64,000 bases of DNA from a virus (IMGVR_UViG_3300028833_000141:12579-76578); one strand, 5' to 3'. Positions 52,834 to 63,231 are shown, counted from the first letter of the stretch. Translations and numbers: made by a program. Notes: generated from the letters alone by a model not told the origin.

Positions 52834-53722
52834 CTTCTTCTTTCACATAGTATTCATAATCTCTATCTGAACTTCCATGTTGAAGATTTCTAAGTGGGCG
52901 CAACACAAATCTTTCAAAATACTCACCAATACCATCATGGTCTTTGTATAATGATTTATCTTTATAAAACTCAGCAGGAGTATATTGCTCAATTGTTTGA
53001 ACGTTTACTGCTATAGAAAATTCATCTGCATTAACAGTCTCTTGTTCAGTTTTTAATCCTGCTTGTTTAAATGTTTTTATATATCCATCTGATAGTTTTC
53101 TATAATCATCAATATTACCCTTGATCACAGCTTTATTTTTAAGCATGTTTGTATAACACAAATCCTTTATGAATATTTCCTGGTTACTATCATAATTAGG
53201 GTTTGCATCGGTTAAATATTTATAATGATCATTTAAAACTTTATAATCTTCTGCTTCGTAACCATCTCCCCATCTCTTAATATCTATCCTTCGTATTTCT
53301 TCCGCATCATCTGGATTGTTGCGGTCGGGGAGTTTCGATTCTGAATTATCTGCCGATTTGTCTATAAACTCAAAACCTTCATTCAACGAATCGTCCATTG
53401 TCTTATTCTTATATTGAACCATATTTAATCTTTTCATATAGTTCCCAAGAATAACTTCTTTATCCATCGAATCACTAATGAAAGACAATCTATCGTTATA
53501 ATAAATATCAAAACACATACAAACTCTTTTAAGAGCCTTGTTGACATCATTATCATACTTATCTAAAAAAGACTCGAATATCTCATATAAGCAATTTTTA
53601 CAAACAGGCATATATCCATTATCGGTATAAATTGGACTATTCGTTTTATAAAAATTTCTTTTATCAAAAGTTTTATGACATCGGCAGCATGTTCTATTCG
53701 TAGAGTTTTGCTTGCTTGCCAT
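52817..53722 (-). CDS. Zn-finger protein upstream of terL (candidate small terminase)
   Basis: N-terminal CxxC..CxxC; overlaps the terL start. Confidence 0.5.
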   Translation of the reverse strand: MASKQNSTNRTCCRCHKTFDKRNFYKTNSPIYTDNGYMPVCKNCLYEIFESFLDKYDNDVNKALKRVCMCFDIYYNDRLSFISDSMDKEVILGNYMKRLNMVQYKNKTMDDSLNEGFEFIDKSADNSESKLPDRNNPDDAEEIRRIDIKRWGDGYEAEDYKVLNDHYKYLTDANPNYDSNQEIFIKDLCYTNMLKNKAVIKGNIDDYRKLSDGYIKTFKQAGLKTEQETVNADEFSIAVNVQTIEQYTPAEFYKDKSLYKDHDGIGEYFERFVLRPLRNLQHGSSDRDYEYYVKEEGDSDG

Positions 53723-53739
53723 AAAATACCTCTTTTCAA

Positions 53740-54411
53740 TTAATCTCTGAAAGCGTCAAAGATGCTATGAGTGTCAATTTTTACGGCAACAAGTTCGTTA
53801 TTATCATCGAAAATATATCCAGCATTCATCATTACATCTTCGATCAAATCAAAAATTGCAGTATAGACATCATTCTCGCGATAATACTCCGCAAGTCCTT
53901 CTTCATCTATTTCATAATCAAAAACTATCTTAGATGGTTCGTCACAGCATTCATCAGAATTATCATCAGGAATATCTAAATCAATATCCTCCTCATCATC
54001 ATAAGAAACATATTCAATTTCATCATTATCAGCAATGAATAATTCTGTATATCTTTTATAATCAACATATTCCAAAAGCCTTGAATTTGCTCCACCATCA
54101 ATGTAGATATAGTCGCTACACGAATCAAGATAAACTCCATCACATAAAGACTTTTGAACAAATAAATCAATTTGATCATCTGAATCTGAATATGAACAAA
54201 GAGTCACATAATATTCATTGTTATAATTGCTTAATGCTGGTTCTTCTAATTCAATATCAATTAATTCAACTTCTTTATACAATAATAATTCTCTAACTAA
54301 TTTCTGTGCTTCTTTATAAAATAAAACAGATGATACTGTTTCGCCATCATAAGCTCTCAACAGCATATCCTCTGATAAAGTCGTAAAATCCTTCATTTTT
54401 TTCTTTCTCAC
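53740..54411 (-). CDS. Acidic hypothetical protein
   Basis: 223 aa, D/E-rich. Confidence 0.6.
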   Translation of the reverse strand: MRKKKMKDFTTLSEDMLLRAYDGETVSSVLFYKEAQKLVRELLLYKEVELIDIELEEPALSNYNNEYYVTLCSYSDSDDQIDLFVQKSLCDGVYLDSCSDYIYIDGGANSRLLEYVDYKRYTELFIADNDEIEYVSYDDEEDIDLDIPDDNSDECCDEPSKIVFDYEIDEEGLAEYYRENDVYTAIFDLIEDVMMNAGYIFDDNNELVAVKIDTHSIFDAFRD

Positions 54412-54686
54412 TTTCTATTTATTAAATCCTTAAAAAACTGACTTGCTCTAACTTTTACAGATTTGACAGCAGGATAGGTTATTACATCTCCGGTCTGCGG
54501 ATTCCTGCCTTGTCTTTCTGGTCGTTGCGTTATTTCAAAAGTCACAAAATTTTTTAAGATTATTTTTTCTCCATCGGCTAAACAATTCATAATTTCATCT
54601 GCGAATGCATCAATTACTTTTTCGCATTTACGATAATCAAGATTTGTTTTAGTCGAAATCCTATGTAATAGTTCTACTTTTGTCAT
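54408..54686 (-). CDS. hup: HU-family DNA-binding protein
   Basis: MTKVEL..NFVTF..R.ERQGRNPQTG motif. Confidence 0.9.
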   Translation of the reverse strand: MTKVELLHRISTKTNLDYRKCEKVIDAFADEIMNCLADGEKIILKNFVTFEITQRPERQGRNPQTGDVITYPAVKSVKVRASQFFKDLINRK

Positions 54687-54709
54687 TTTCCCTTTTCTCC
54701 GTTTCCAAT

Positions 54710-55921
54710 TTATTGCAAACCAATAGGACACATTGATTCAATGCCTCGCTCTCCAACAATGCATACCATCTGCATTGGTTTTCCGTTCAATCTTTTAGAA
54801 ACAGAAAAATCATCCACCGATCCGCAAAAGCTACCGCTGCGAATTATTTTGACATTTGAAATATCTTCGTAAGCACATCGATGTAAATGCCCAAAGAATA
54901 TTGCTTCAACATCACTCGGTTTCAAATCGAGCATTAATAAAAGTTTGGATAATCCACTTTCATTACATGCGTCATAATCTCCATGCACAATAAGATATTT
55001 CTTTCCACGAATATCAACACAGCCAATCGTTGAATCATAATTATCCTGGCTTATAAACTTCACGTTAGAAAGATGGGAGAGTTTCGCTTGCATATACCAC
55101 GGAATCAAATTATCTAATCTATCATTTCTTAATACCTGATCTTTGAATGATAATCTTGAATGATTTCCAGGTACGCTATCTATAGCTACCTCTTTAAAAT
55201 GTTTACTTAGGTCATATATAAAAGCAGAAAGTAATTCTGCACTTTTCTGAACTTGTGTAGTAACATTTTCTCTATTTTGAAGTTGAACAGTAAGATGTAT
55301 ATTCCCAGATAATAAATCTCCAAGTAGTAACACATATGCATTTTCAGTATTATTGGCTTCTTTTAATTTCAATATTTCTTCAAGATATCGTCTTAATCTT
55401 TGCTCTGCAATTTCAGCATTATATGATCCAAAATGATTTGAAACATCTAAACCAAAATGAAAATCAGATAAACAAATAACCATATCTCTATTAGAAATTG
55501 TTTTGTTATATGTAATAGGTGGGAATATCTTTTCGCCATTTTGCTTAATCAATTTTTCTAAATTAAGTAAATCAACTTCATTTCTCGCTGATTCTCTCGC
55601 AATCTTTCTAATAGCAACTCTTTCGTCAAACAGCTTTTGTTTTTCTTTTCTCACATTCAAAGCTGCCTCTCGGAGTTCTTCTAAATATGAACCATCTTCG
55701 TATTTGTTAAACACTCCGGAATCAAAGAATCTTTTAGCACTTTGATAAACTTTTCTATATGCAGCTTCACTTTTATAATCTGTTTCACTATCACGACATT
55801 CTGCGTTCATGACATCGGCAATTTCAGACCAATCTAAATCAATCTCTCCGTTGTCTTTAAGTTGTCCTAATCGCCAAAGAAATTGCTCTTCATTCTCAGT
55901 TTTTTCTTTGTATAAATTCAT
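54710..55921 (-). CDS. Calcineurin-like metallophosphoesterase with N-terminal helical domain
   Basis: SDFH, GDLLSG, GNH, HG and GHLH motifs. Confidence 0.85.
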   Translation of the reverse strand: MNLYKEKTENEEQFLWRLGQLKDNGEIDLDWSEIADVMNAECRDSETDYKSEAAYRKVYQSAKRFFDSGVFNKYEDGSYLEELREAALNVRKEKQKLFDERVAIRKIARESARNEVDLLNLEKLIKQNGEKIFPPITYNKTISNRDMVICLSDFHFGLDVSNHFGSYNAEIAEQRLRRYLEEILKLKEANNTENAYVLLLGDLLSGNIHLTVQLQNRENVTTQVQKSAELLSAFIYDLSKHFKEVAIDSVPGNHSRLSFKDQVLRNDRLDNLIPWYMQAKLSHLSNVKFISQDNYDSTIGCVDIRGKKYLIVHGDYDACNESGLSKLLLMLDLKPSDVEAIFFGHLHRCAYEDISNVKIIRSGSFCGSVDDFSVSKRLNGKPMQMVCIVGERGIESMCPIGLQ

Positions 55922-55936
55922 CTTTACCTCACTAAA

Positions 55937-55965
55937 ATAGCCATAGGATGTTGACCTATGGCTAT
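55937..55965 (-). terminator. Intrinsic terminator after clpP
   Basis: 11-bp stem ATAGCCATAGG/CCTATGGCTAT followed by TTT. Confidence 0.7.
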
Positions 55966-55998
55966 GCTTTGTTTATCTGAAATAGGGGAGTGGAGTAG

Positions 55999-56607
55999 TT
56001 ATAAAATAGCATCTAAGGTACAATCTTCACCAACAATATCTGTGACTACACCTAATTCTTTTGCTTCTTGTGAATACATATACCACTCAGTCCTATATTT
56101 TTCTTTATATAAATCATGCGTTATAGAAGTTCTATCTAAAATATATTCCCGAACGCTTTCTTCCATTTGACCTGCCTCAAATTCAATACGGTCTTTAACT
56201 TTAGCCGTAGAGTCTAAAGCTCCGGTCATTCCATCGTGACAAAGGAAAGTTGAATGCTCCATAGAATATCTTTTTGAACCACTTAAAAAGATCAAAAACC
56301 CCATAGAATAACAAGCTGCCTGATTTATTGTATATACTGGTGTCTGACTCTGTAAAATAGCATCAATCACACCAAAACCGCAGCATACATCTCCACCACA
56401 AGTGTTAATATATAATCTGATTGGTTTGCGGTCTTTTATAGGTTTATCTCGATCTTCACGATTATATCTAAGTATATTATAAACAATGTAATCTATAACA
56501 TTCTCGTCAATATTATCATTCAGATAAAGTCTCCGGCTGGCTACTTCGTCAACCGCTTCTTTATCTTCAAGTCGATAGGTTAATACTTCTTTGACTAAAT
56601 TATCCAT
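55999..56607 (-). CDS. clpP: ClpP-family protease
   Basis: LYINTCGG, YSMG (Ser), LCHD (His), EWYM..QEA.ELG motifs. Confidence 0.85.
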   Translation of the reverse strand: MDNLVKEVLTYRLEDKEAVDEVASRRLYLNDNIDENVIDYIVYNILRYNREDRDKPIKDRKPIRLYINTCGGDVCCGFGVIDAILQSQTPVYTINQAACYSMGFLIFLSGSKRYSMEHSTFLCHDGMTGALDSTAKVKDRIEFEAGQMEESVREYILDRTSITHDLYKEKYRTEWYMYSQEAKELGVVTDIVGEDCTLDAIL

Positions 56608-56617
56608 CGACACCTCC

Positions 56618-58060
56618 TTATAGATGTATAGCCATTCCTTTGAATGAATTTATCACTCGGAATGTTTTATTTTTCTTATATATAGCTTCTCTTAATCCCT
56701 CTGCAAGATTCTTTTTACTTTCAGGTGAACCATGCACAAGAACTAATTTATTTGTATTAACAGAACTTCCATATGTAATCAAATCGTCATAATTAGCATG
56801 GCTGCTAAATGTAGTCAAACTAATACAATCCGCTCTGTTTGGGATATCTTCTTTAAAAATACTGATCGTCTTATGTTTCTTGAATTTTTTAATTCTATAC
56901 GATAAGTACGATGGGTTATCTCCAATATATCCTGAGAAAATAATCATGCTGTTATCATCTCTTAAATATTTTTTTAAATAATTGATAATCCTACCGTTAG
57001 TGCAAAATCCAGAAGATGAAATAATGATCTTTGGACTTGAATCAGCTAAACAGTGCTTTGAATCCTCTTTATCAGAAATGAATCTAACATTATCCCATTC
57101 ATATACTTTATTCCAGTATTTCAAATTATCATCAAACAATAATTTGTTATATAGCTCACTTATCTCACAACTTAACTGAGAGTCAACAATCACATCTGTT
57201 TTAAAATCAGGATCATCACTATATAATTCATAAAGTGTAGTCAATAATTCCTGTGTTCGACTAAAACTAAAACATGGTAGGATTACAGACCCACCACGCT
57301 CTAATACTGTATTGATTGCTGCTTTGAAATGCTCTACATCAAATTTACGAGATTTGTAACGTTTTCTTTTGTTAGAACCATATGTACTTTCCATAATCAC
57401 TACATCGTTATACGAATTAGGAATCTCCGTATCAGTCACATAATGATTGTCTGAATGTAATGCACCTATATCTGATGTGTATAGTATCTTTCTTGTATTT
57501 CCATTTTGACCAAGAATCAATTGTAATTGTGCTGCACCTATGCAATGAGAATTATGTAACCATTGAAAACTGATATTCTCATTCAATCTATAAATCTTAT
57601 TGTATTCTTCGTATATTTCGATAAGTGATAAGGTGCGTTCGACATCATCAAAGCTGTATATTGGTTTATAATCTCTCTTATATTTCTTTGAAAGGATTTT
57701 AGCTTCTTCCTGAATAATAAAACAGGAGTTAAATAACAATGGTTTCATAATCATGGCTGTTTCTCTTGTAGCTATTATCTTGCCATGAAATCCTTCCTTT
57801 ACCAATCTTGGGATTAAACCACAATGATCGATATGAGCATGTGCTACAAACACATAATCCAAATCTTTAGGATTAAACTTAAATTTTTCTGAATTGATTT
57901 TATAAGAATCTAAATAACTATTCTTTGATGATTGATGCAGTCCACATTCAAGTAGGTAACTATGATCTTCAAATTTAACAAAATATTGTGATCCGGTTAC
58001 ATCGTTCGCTGCGTATCCAGTAAAATAAATCCCATTAGCATTGCATTTCTTTTTACTCAT
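56618..58060 (-). CDS. Metallo-beta-lactamase/beta-CASP nuclease (CPSF73/YSH1-like)
   Basis: HAHIDH, HCIG, SDIG, MESTYG, SSH and LVHG motifs. Confidence 0.88.
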   Translation of the reverse strand: MSKKKCNANGIYFTGYAANDVTGSQYFVKFEDHSYLLECGLHQSSKNSYLDSYKINSEKFKFNPKDLDYVFVAHAHIDHCGLIPRLVKEGFHGKIIATRETAMIMKPLLFNSCFIIQEEAKILSKKYKRDYKPIYSFDDVERTLSLIEIYEEYNKIYRLNENISFQWLHNSHCIGAAQLQLILGQNGNTRKILYTSDIGALHSDNHYVTDTEIPNSYNDVVIMESTYGSNKRKRYKSRKFDVEHFKAAINTVLERGGSVILPCFSFSRTQELLTTLYELYSDDPDFKTDVIVDSQLSCEISELYNKLLFDDNLKYWNKVYEWDNVRFISDKEDSKHCLADSSPKIIISSSGFCTNGRIINYLKKYLRDDNSMIIFSGYIGDNPSYLSYRIKKFKKHKTISIFKEDIPNRADCISLTTFSSHANYDDLITYGSSVNTNKLVLVHGSPESKKNLAEGLREAIYKKNKTFRVINSFKGMAIHL

Positions 58061-58075
58061 ACGCCTTCCTTTCGT

Positions 58076-58243
58076 TTATAGATTTTGAGCAATAAGTTTA
58101 AATCTATCTTCGATATACCATCTGTGAGTAGTACGATAAAAACCAACACTGTTTCCGTTCTTATCAACAATTCCTTTTTTGGTATTAAAAATATATTTAT
58201 TATCAAATAATTTCTGAATTTCGTTTTTACTAATCTGTTTCAT
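58076..58243 (-). CDS. Small hypothetical protein (55 aa, not in the ORF track)
   Basis: MKQISKNE..IAQNL*, preceded by GAAAAGGA. Confidence 0.5.
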   Translation of the reverse strand: MKQISKNEIQKLFDNKYIFNTKKGIVDKNGNSVGFYRTTHRWYIEDRFKLIAQNL

Positions 58244-58376
58244 TCTAATTCCTTTTCTTTCTTTATATTTTTTGATAGGGGAATACGGTAATTTGACACA
58301 CTAAATATTTGAATATCTGAATGTTAAAACCTATAAGAAGGATGTGAGCCGTTATCCGTAACGTCCTGATCAATTC

Positions 58377-58462
58377 TGGCGGCTTATGAAGGATTTGAAC
58401 CTGCAACCTCTCGGTTAACTCTCGGTTAACAGCCGATTGCTCTGCCGTTGAGCTAATAAGCC
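58377..58462 (-). tRNA. tRNA-Asn(GTT) with an 11-nt internal tandem duplication (possibly a pseudo-tRNA)
   Basis: Acceptor GGCTTAT/ATAAGCC-G-CCA; D arm GCTC/GAGC; loop CTGTTAA; TTCAAAT loop; GTTAACCGAGA occurs twice. Confidence 0.8.
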
Positions 58463-58617
58463 ATAAAGCTGACATGAGAATCACGCCAGCTACACAAAGA
58501 AAAGAGAAAGACAAAGAAAAAAATGAGGATAAGAGAATAATTTTGTTACTATTCCCTCCATAATACTGTTTTAGGAGTTTTTTTTATTGACCCCAAACCC
58601 TTTGAAAATAAAGGGTT

Positions 58618-59532
58618 TCAGCCATTCAAAAATTGTTTTGGTTCAATTTGTTCTGACTTCATTTTATCAATTTCTCGTCTCATTCTTTGTGTTTCTAACT
58701 TCCTCTGAGATCGGTAAAGCTTGTAACAATCATCACATCTGTTAGTTTGATTATTCTTCGCATCAACTTCAAATACTTTTCCGCAATCTACACAGGTGAC
58801 TTTTTTTATCACTTGGGGGATATAACCGACACAATTAGAGCAGTATTTCTTATCTTTGCGCTTATTATTTCTAAACAACTTTCCGCACTCTGCGCAGCGA
58901 GAAAAATTACCACCAAGATAATTAAGATATTCGTAACCAAGCTCTCTGAAATCAGTTATAAATAATTCATTGCTGCCATCCGGATCAATATATGTAACTC
59001 TGCAACTTAAATTATCAATCTTCTTAGGAAACTCCAATAATGATAATTGACCAAGCACTCCTAAATTCTTATATCTTTCCGAAACATTGCAAGATATTCT
59101 TGCTAACGAAAATATTTCCTTTGCATCGTTATTAACCCAATTATTATTTTTTGGATTCCGCAGATTGCCGAGTTTAGCAAGACACAACATTGTAAATGCT
59201 AATCTTTCCAAAACGGCATTATTTATTTTTTTGATTGTCTCTAATTCATTCTTTGTAATTCCAACCCCATCTATTTCATGCAACTTATGCTTTCCGGCTT
59301 TCTTTGCAATTTTCTCTATATTTTCTTCCCAAATAGATTTGGAGTATTCATACGATGGATATGTTTCCTGAACAAATTCCATCAGTAATTTTTCGATTTT
59401 ACGTTTTCTGTATCCACATTCGTGATAATAATACTTAGCAAGTATAAATAATGTTTTGTATGGTTTTTCTTGATCTATCTCTCTTTTCCTTAAACAATCT
59501 TTTGCATATTCTTTTTCATTCAAGATAATCAT
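58618..59532 (-). CDS. Hypothetical protein with C-terminal Zn ribbons
   Basis: Several CxxC pairs at the C-terminus; coupled to the YonO-like gene. Confidence 0.65.
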   Translation of the reverse strand: MIILNEKEYAKDCLRKREIDQEKPYKTLFILAKYYYHECGYRKRKIEKLLMEFVQETYPSYEYSKSIWEENIEKIAKKAGKHKLHEIDGVGITKNELETIKKINNAVLERLAFTMLCLAKLGNLRNPKNNNWVNNDAKEIFSLARISCNVSERYKNLGVLGQLSLLEFPKKIDNLSCRVTYIDPDGSNELFITDFRELGYEYLNYLGGNFSRCAECGKLFRNNKRKDKKYCSNCVGYIPQVIKKVTCVDCGKVFEVDAKNNQTNRCDDCYKLYRSQRKLETQRMRREIDKMKSEQIEPKQFLNG

Positions 59533-62303
59533 ATATCATCATCCTTATATTCCATTTCGTTCAAATAAACATCTTTCATTTCAAATTGAGAACCGCAATA
59601 TTCAAATTCACCATCACCATCGGAGAGTTGAGGGAATGAAACGCGGTAATTATGCTTTTCCAACAAATTCTTAACAACCGTTTCTCCTGCAATATCCCAG
59701 AAGAAATGTTTAGTAGCTTCGCTTGTATAACAAATATCAGCGAGGATATTACATAATTCTTTTTCGTTCGGACAGACAAGTTCACATTGTCTCCGAAATT
59801 CATTTAGTATTATTGTTTTGTGTTGAGTCAAATCATATGAATCATTCTTTTCAGATTTTGCTTTTTTATTAAAATCATCCATTTTGATTTTATAACGCTT
59901 ATATATCTTTTTAATTTCATTAAAACTTTGCTGACTATAATCTGCATCACACTTTAAAACAGAATAATCGAATTCAGGCTGTTCATATTTCTTAGACAAA
60001 TATCCATCAAACACGCTTTCAAATAACCAACAGATACGATTGACTGTACATGGATTGCTGCCGATAAGATCATCATAGTTTTTAAGGCAGTCATACATTT
60101 CCTGTGTCTTTGGTTCATAGTTAATCAAATCCGAAATGTTATTGATTCCGTATGAACCAAATCTTAATAGAACGCCATTATTGCTGTTCTTATTATGATT
60201 GTTATGCCTTACTCTCAAACTCGGATATACATAGGTCATAAAATAAGGTTTACGATAAGCGGCTATCTTTTGATTAAATATCTTTTGTTCTACGACTTCT
60301 TCCGAGTCTCCATCTTTCACGAGATTATCTCTGATGCTATACCAATATTCAGGCATTGGTTTCGCAATAATCCCCTTAATACTATCAATAACATTCTGCT
60401 GAAATAATTGACTGCATAGAATACGATAGTAGAGTGTTTTATATTCTTCTGAATCCGGTGTAAATCCAGCCTGTACTTCAAACATACTTGTCGCATGATT
60501 AGTAACTATGCCAATTTCATCTGTAAATCCAATCTTATTTGCTTGTATGATATCGGATTCCTGGACTATTTTTTTATCCGCTTTTCGTTGAACACAAACA
60601 ATAGTAGGGGTATGAATAGTGTTCTTTAAAATAATCGGATCATTCGTTGTAAAAAACAAATCTCCATCACAGTCAGCACCATTCAAACTATTTCGTGTGG
60701 AATCCCACGCATTAAGAATTACAGCGGTTTTGATATATCTAAACCAATATTGCGGTTGCTCTCTGTCGCAAACTTTCAATTTAACAATATTGTTATGACA
60801 AGTCATAGGCGCACGAAAACATGCAATTTCTTCCGCATGTTTATCAAGCCAATATTTATGATATACTTCTCCGGCTTTAAGCAATCCTGTAACTTCCAAA
60901 CCAAACATACTTTGACACAATGCATAAGGATCGCCGGATATGATTCCGAAATTAGCATTGATCTTTATTGCTCCACGCTTGCACATTTCAATACGCTTTA
61001 CAATCATGTTCCAAATCTTCCGTCTGATAAATGGATCATTGATCAAAGAAGGTTCAAGAAACAACGCTTTGGTAGGCACATCAAGATTATTTTGTTTAAT
61101 GGTGTTTTCTGTTAAGCCAAAACCAGCGAGAAAAAGGAGACTCTTCCGGTAGTCCATTCCAAGCACGCTTTTAATTTCGTCAATAGATGGTTGGCATAAT
61201 TCCTGTATTTCTTCATCTGTGAAGCTATAGCTTTGCAGGAATTGATAATTTGTATTTCTGACATTTTCAAGCTCTTCCGGACATACTTTGGTAATTGAAA
61301 ATTCATATCCATTCTTTTGGCAATTCTCATAATAATTTTCCCATGAGTCATAACATTCCCATAATTTGAGCATTGATTCTGTCAAAATAACTTCCGCATC
61401 TCTGACATCTCGAATATCTCCCCATACATCCTTGATGTAATATGTTTTAGCTATCTTTTCCGCGAACTCAATGTAATCAAAAGAATATAACATTCCTTTG
61501 TTCCAGGCATATCTTGTGTTCATCCCGGAAAGGGGAGAATCAATCTGATTTATCTGTTGATTAACTTTCTGAGCATAAGAGGGCAGCATAAGTCCATATC
61601 CGTCCGAATCATCATTCTCAATCTCAAAGTCCTTAATAGAAGTCATGACTGGTTCGCCGGGCTGTTCATCATCAAGCATTATCACATCTTCTTTGAAATG
61701 CGTGATACAATCTTTGACTACAATTATTCCCGAAGGTGGAACAACAGGAATAGAACCGGAGCAAATAAGAGCCTGATATGCTTCAAGCTTCGCAGGAACT
61801 AAAGGAATATTTTTATTCCGTCCATTATCCATTCTGCGTTTAAGTTCTGGATATAATTGTTCGTTCACATAAACAATCGTAGAATTCTTGATCCCACCAT
61901 TTGTGCCAAGAAATCTTCTGAACCTGATTCCATTCACGGTAAATCCTTCATTCGCTCTATCATAGTCTCGTTCACTGTTCATAACGACACAAATATAGTC
62001 TGGCTGAAATTGAATCTGATAGAGCTTATTATATAATTCACGAATTTGCATACGAGAATCAGCAGATTTTGGTCTGCGCTTTGCATTTCGCAGCCTGTTT
62101 TTTACATGCGCGATTTCTTCATCTATGCGTTCATCACCGTTCAGCTTATCAATGAATCTTAAAAGCTGGCTGTCGCTGATCGAAACAATGATTTCAGGAT
62201 AGTCCTTGATCGCAGTCTCAAACGGCATAGTCAGATTCCAATTAGCCTTTTTAAGCTGCTTCGTATTGATTTTATATATCAGTCGTAAACTATTACTTTT
62301 CAT
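59529..62303 (-). CDS. yonO: YonO-like single-polypeptide two-barrel RNA polymerase
   Basis: 924 aa; CFRAP and NGADCDGD (DxDGD metal motif); sits at the head of the late module. Confidence 0.85.
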   Translation of the reverse strand: MKSNSLRLIYKINTKQLKKANWNLTMPFETAIKDYPEIIVSISDSQLLRFIDKLNGDERIDEEIAHVKNRLRNAKRRPKSADSRMQIRELYNKLYQIQFQPDYICVVMNSERDYDRANEGFTVNGIRFRRFLGTNGGIKNSTIVYVNEQLYPELKRRMDNGRNKNIPLVPAKLEAYQALICSGSIPVVPPSGIIVVKDCITHFKEDVIMLDDEQPGEPVMTSIKDFEIENDDSDGYGLMLPSYAQKVNQQINQIDSPLSGMNTRYAWNKGMLYSFDYIEFAEKIAKTYYIKDVWGDIRDVRDAEVILTESMLKLWECYDSWENYYENCQKNGYEFSITKVCPEELENVRNTNYQFLQSYSFTDEEIQELCQPSIDEIKSVLGMDYRKSLLFLAGFGLTENTIKQNNLDVPTKALFLEPSLINDPFIRRKIWNMIVKRIEMCKRGAIKINANFGIISGDPYALCQSMFGLEVTGLLKAGEVYHKYWLDKHAEEIACFRAPMTCHNNIVKLKVCDREQPQYWFRYIKTAVILNAWDSTRNSLNGADCDGDLFFTTNDPIILKNTIHTPTIVCVQRKADKKIVQESDIIQANKIGFTDEIGIVTNHATSMFEVQAGFTPDSEEYKTLYYRILCSQLFQQNVIDSIKGIIAKPMPEYWYSIRDNLVKDGDSEEVVEQKIFNQKIAAYRKPYFMTYVYPSLRVRHNNHNKNSNNGVLLRFGSYGINNISDLINYEPKTQEMYDCLKNYDDLIGSNPCTVNRICWLFESVFDGYLSKKYEQPEFDYSVLKCDADYSQQSFNEIKKIYKRYKIKMDDFNKKAKSEKNDSYDLTQHKTIILNEFRRQCELVCPNEKELCNILADICYTSEATKHFFWDIAGETVVKNLLEKHNYRVSFPQLSDGDGEFEYCGSQFEMKDVYLNEMEYKDDDI

Positions 62304-62438
62304 TACAATCCTCCGGCTATATTTTACACCAAAACAACAAATAATGCAATACTTGTTCGATTTGAGCTATAGACACAATAGATCAATGAACATCATAATT
62401 GATCTGGAAGAGAGGGAAGGTGAATTGATTTCAGGACT

Positions 62439-62697
62439 GTCTTATAATACTGTCTTAACTACTTATAAGACACTACACTATGTAAGACTCTTATTATATA
62501 TAATATATATAAGACAATATAGTATTTAATTATTTATAAGACTATATAGCTTTTAAAGAAATATGTAAGACAATATAGTATTATATATAATATAAAATAC
62601 TATATAGTCTTATAAATATATCTTACTTATCTATACTCACTTATAGTATTAAATATTAAGACTGTCTTATATATAATCGTTCGTATAGATAAGTAAG
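62439..62697. repeat. AT-rich palindromic array of TAAGAC/GTCTTA motifs
   Basis: 10 copies; 19-bp inverted repeat 62531-62549/62600-62618; 15-bp inverted repeat 62622-62636/62683-62697; 17-bp direct repeat at 62510 and 62566. Confidence 0.8.
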
Positions 62698-62872
62698 CAT
62701 TGGCTGTTAAATTTTTTCGGATCAAGATTGTTATTTTTTATCCAACATTTTGAAAACATTTTTAATCTTTTTGAACGATGATTTTTCCCGAAAATGTATT
62801 TGTATTTTAACCATTTTAGTCCTCAATCAGCATTGATTTTGAAGATTTTTTTTGGCTGTTGACTAAAACACC

Positions 62873-63231
62873 TGTAAGTTTGAAGGTTTTTCTAAAATAA
62901 AAAGTTTTGTAAGTTTGAGGGTTTATGCATTTACAACTTTTCCTGTTTTTAATGTTTAGTGCTGCTTCGATGTTTCTTCTCCAAGTTTGAGGATTTTTCC
63001 GATGTTTTGAAATTTCGGAAATCCCCAATGTTTGAGGATTATGTTATTTTTCGGAAAGCGTGTAAGTTTGAGGGGATAATAATTGATCGGATTTTTTTGT
63101 GTGAGAGAGAAGAAGAGTACATAGGTGCATAAAACGCCGGAATGTCCGGCTCAGAAATGTAAACTATCCCCTGTAAATACTGTATTTGCGTTAAGTCCGT
63201 AAATGTCCATTTTACAGACTTAAATTTGAGG
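62873..63231 (+). repeat. Dispersed (TGT)AAGTTTGAGG direct repeats
   Basis: Copies at 62873, 62908, 62983, 63027, 63061 and 63222. Confidence 0.7.

Noticed and set aside
56040-56110. ClpP as catalytically dead (Thr at the usual Asp position, YRTEWY)
   Set aside because: The adjacent Glu could substitute and a by-eye alignment is too uncertain
335-61802. Numerous 60-130 aa antisense or nested ORFs in the track
   Set aside because: They lie opposite or inside long well-supported genes and show no recognisable motifs
62439-63231. CRISPR array
   Set aside because: Repeats are short, irregularly spaced and in both orientations; no constant repeat-spacer period and no cas genes
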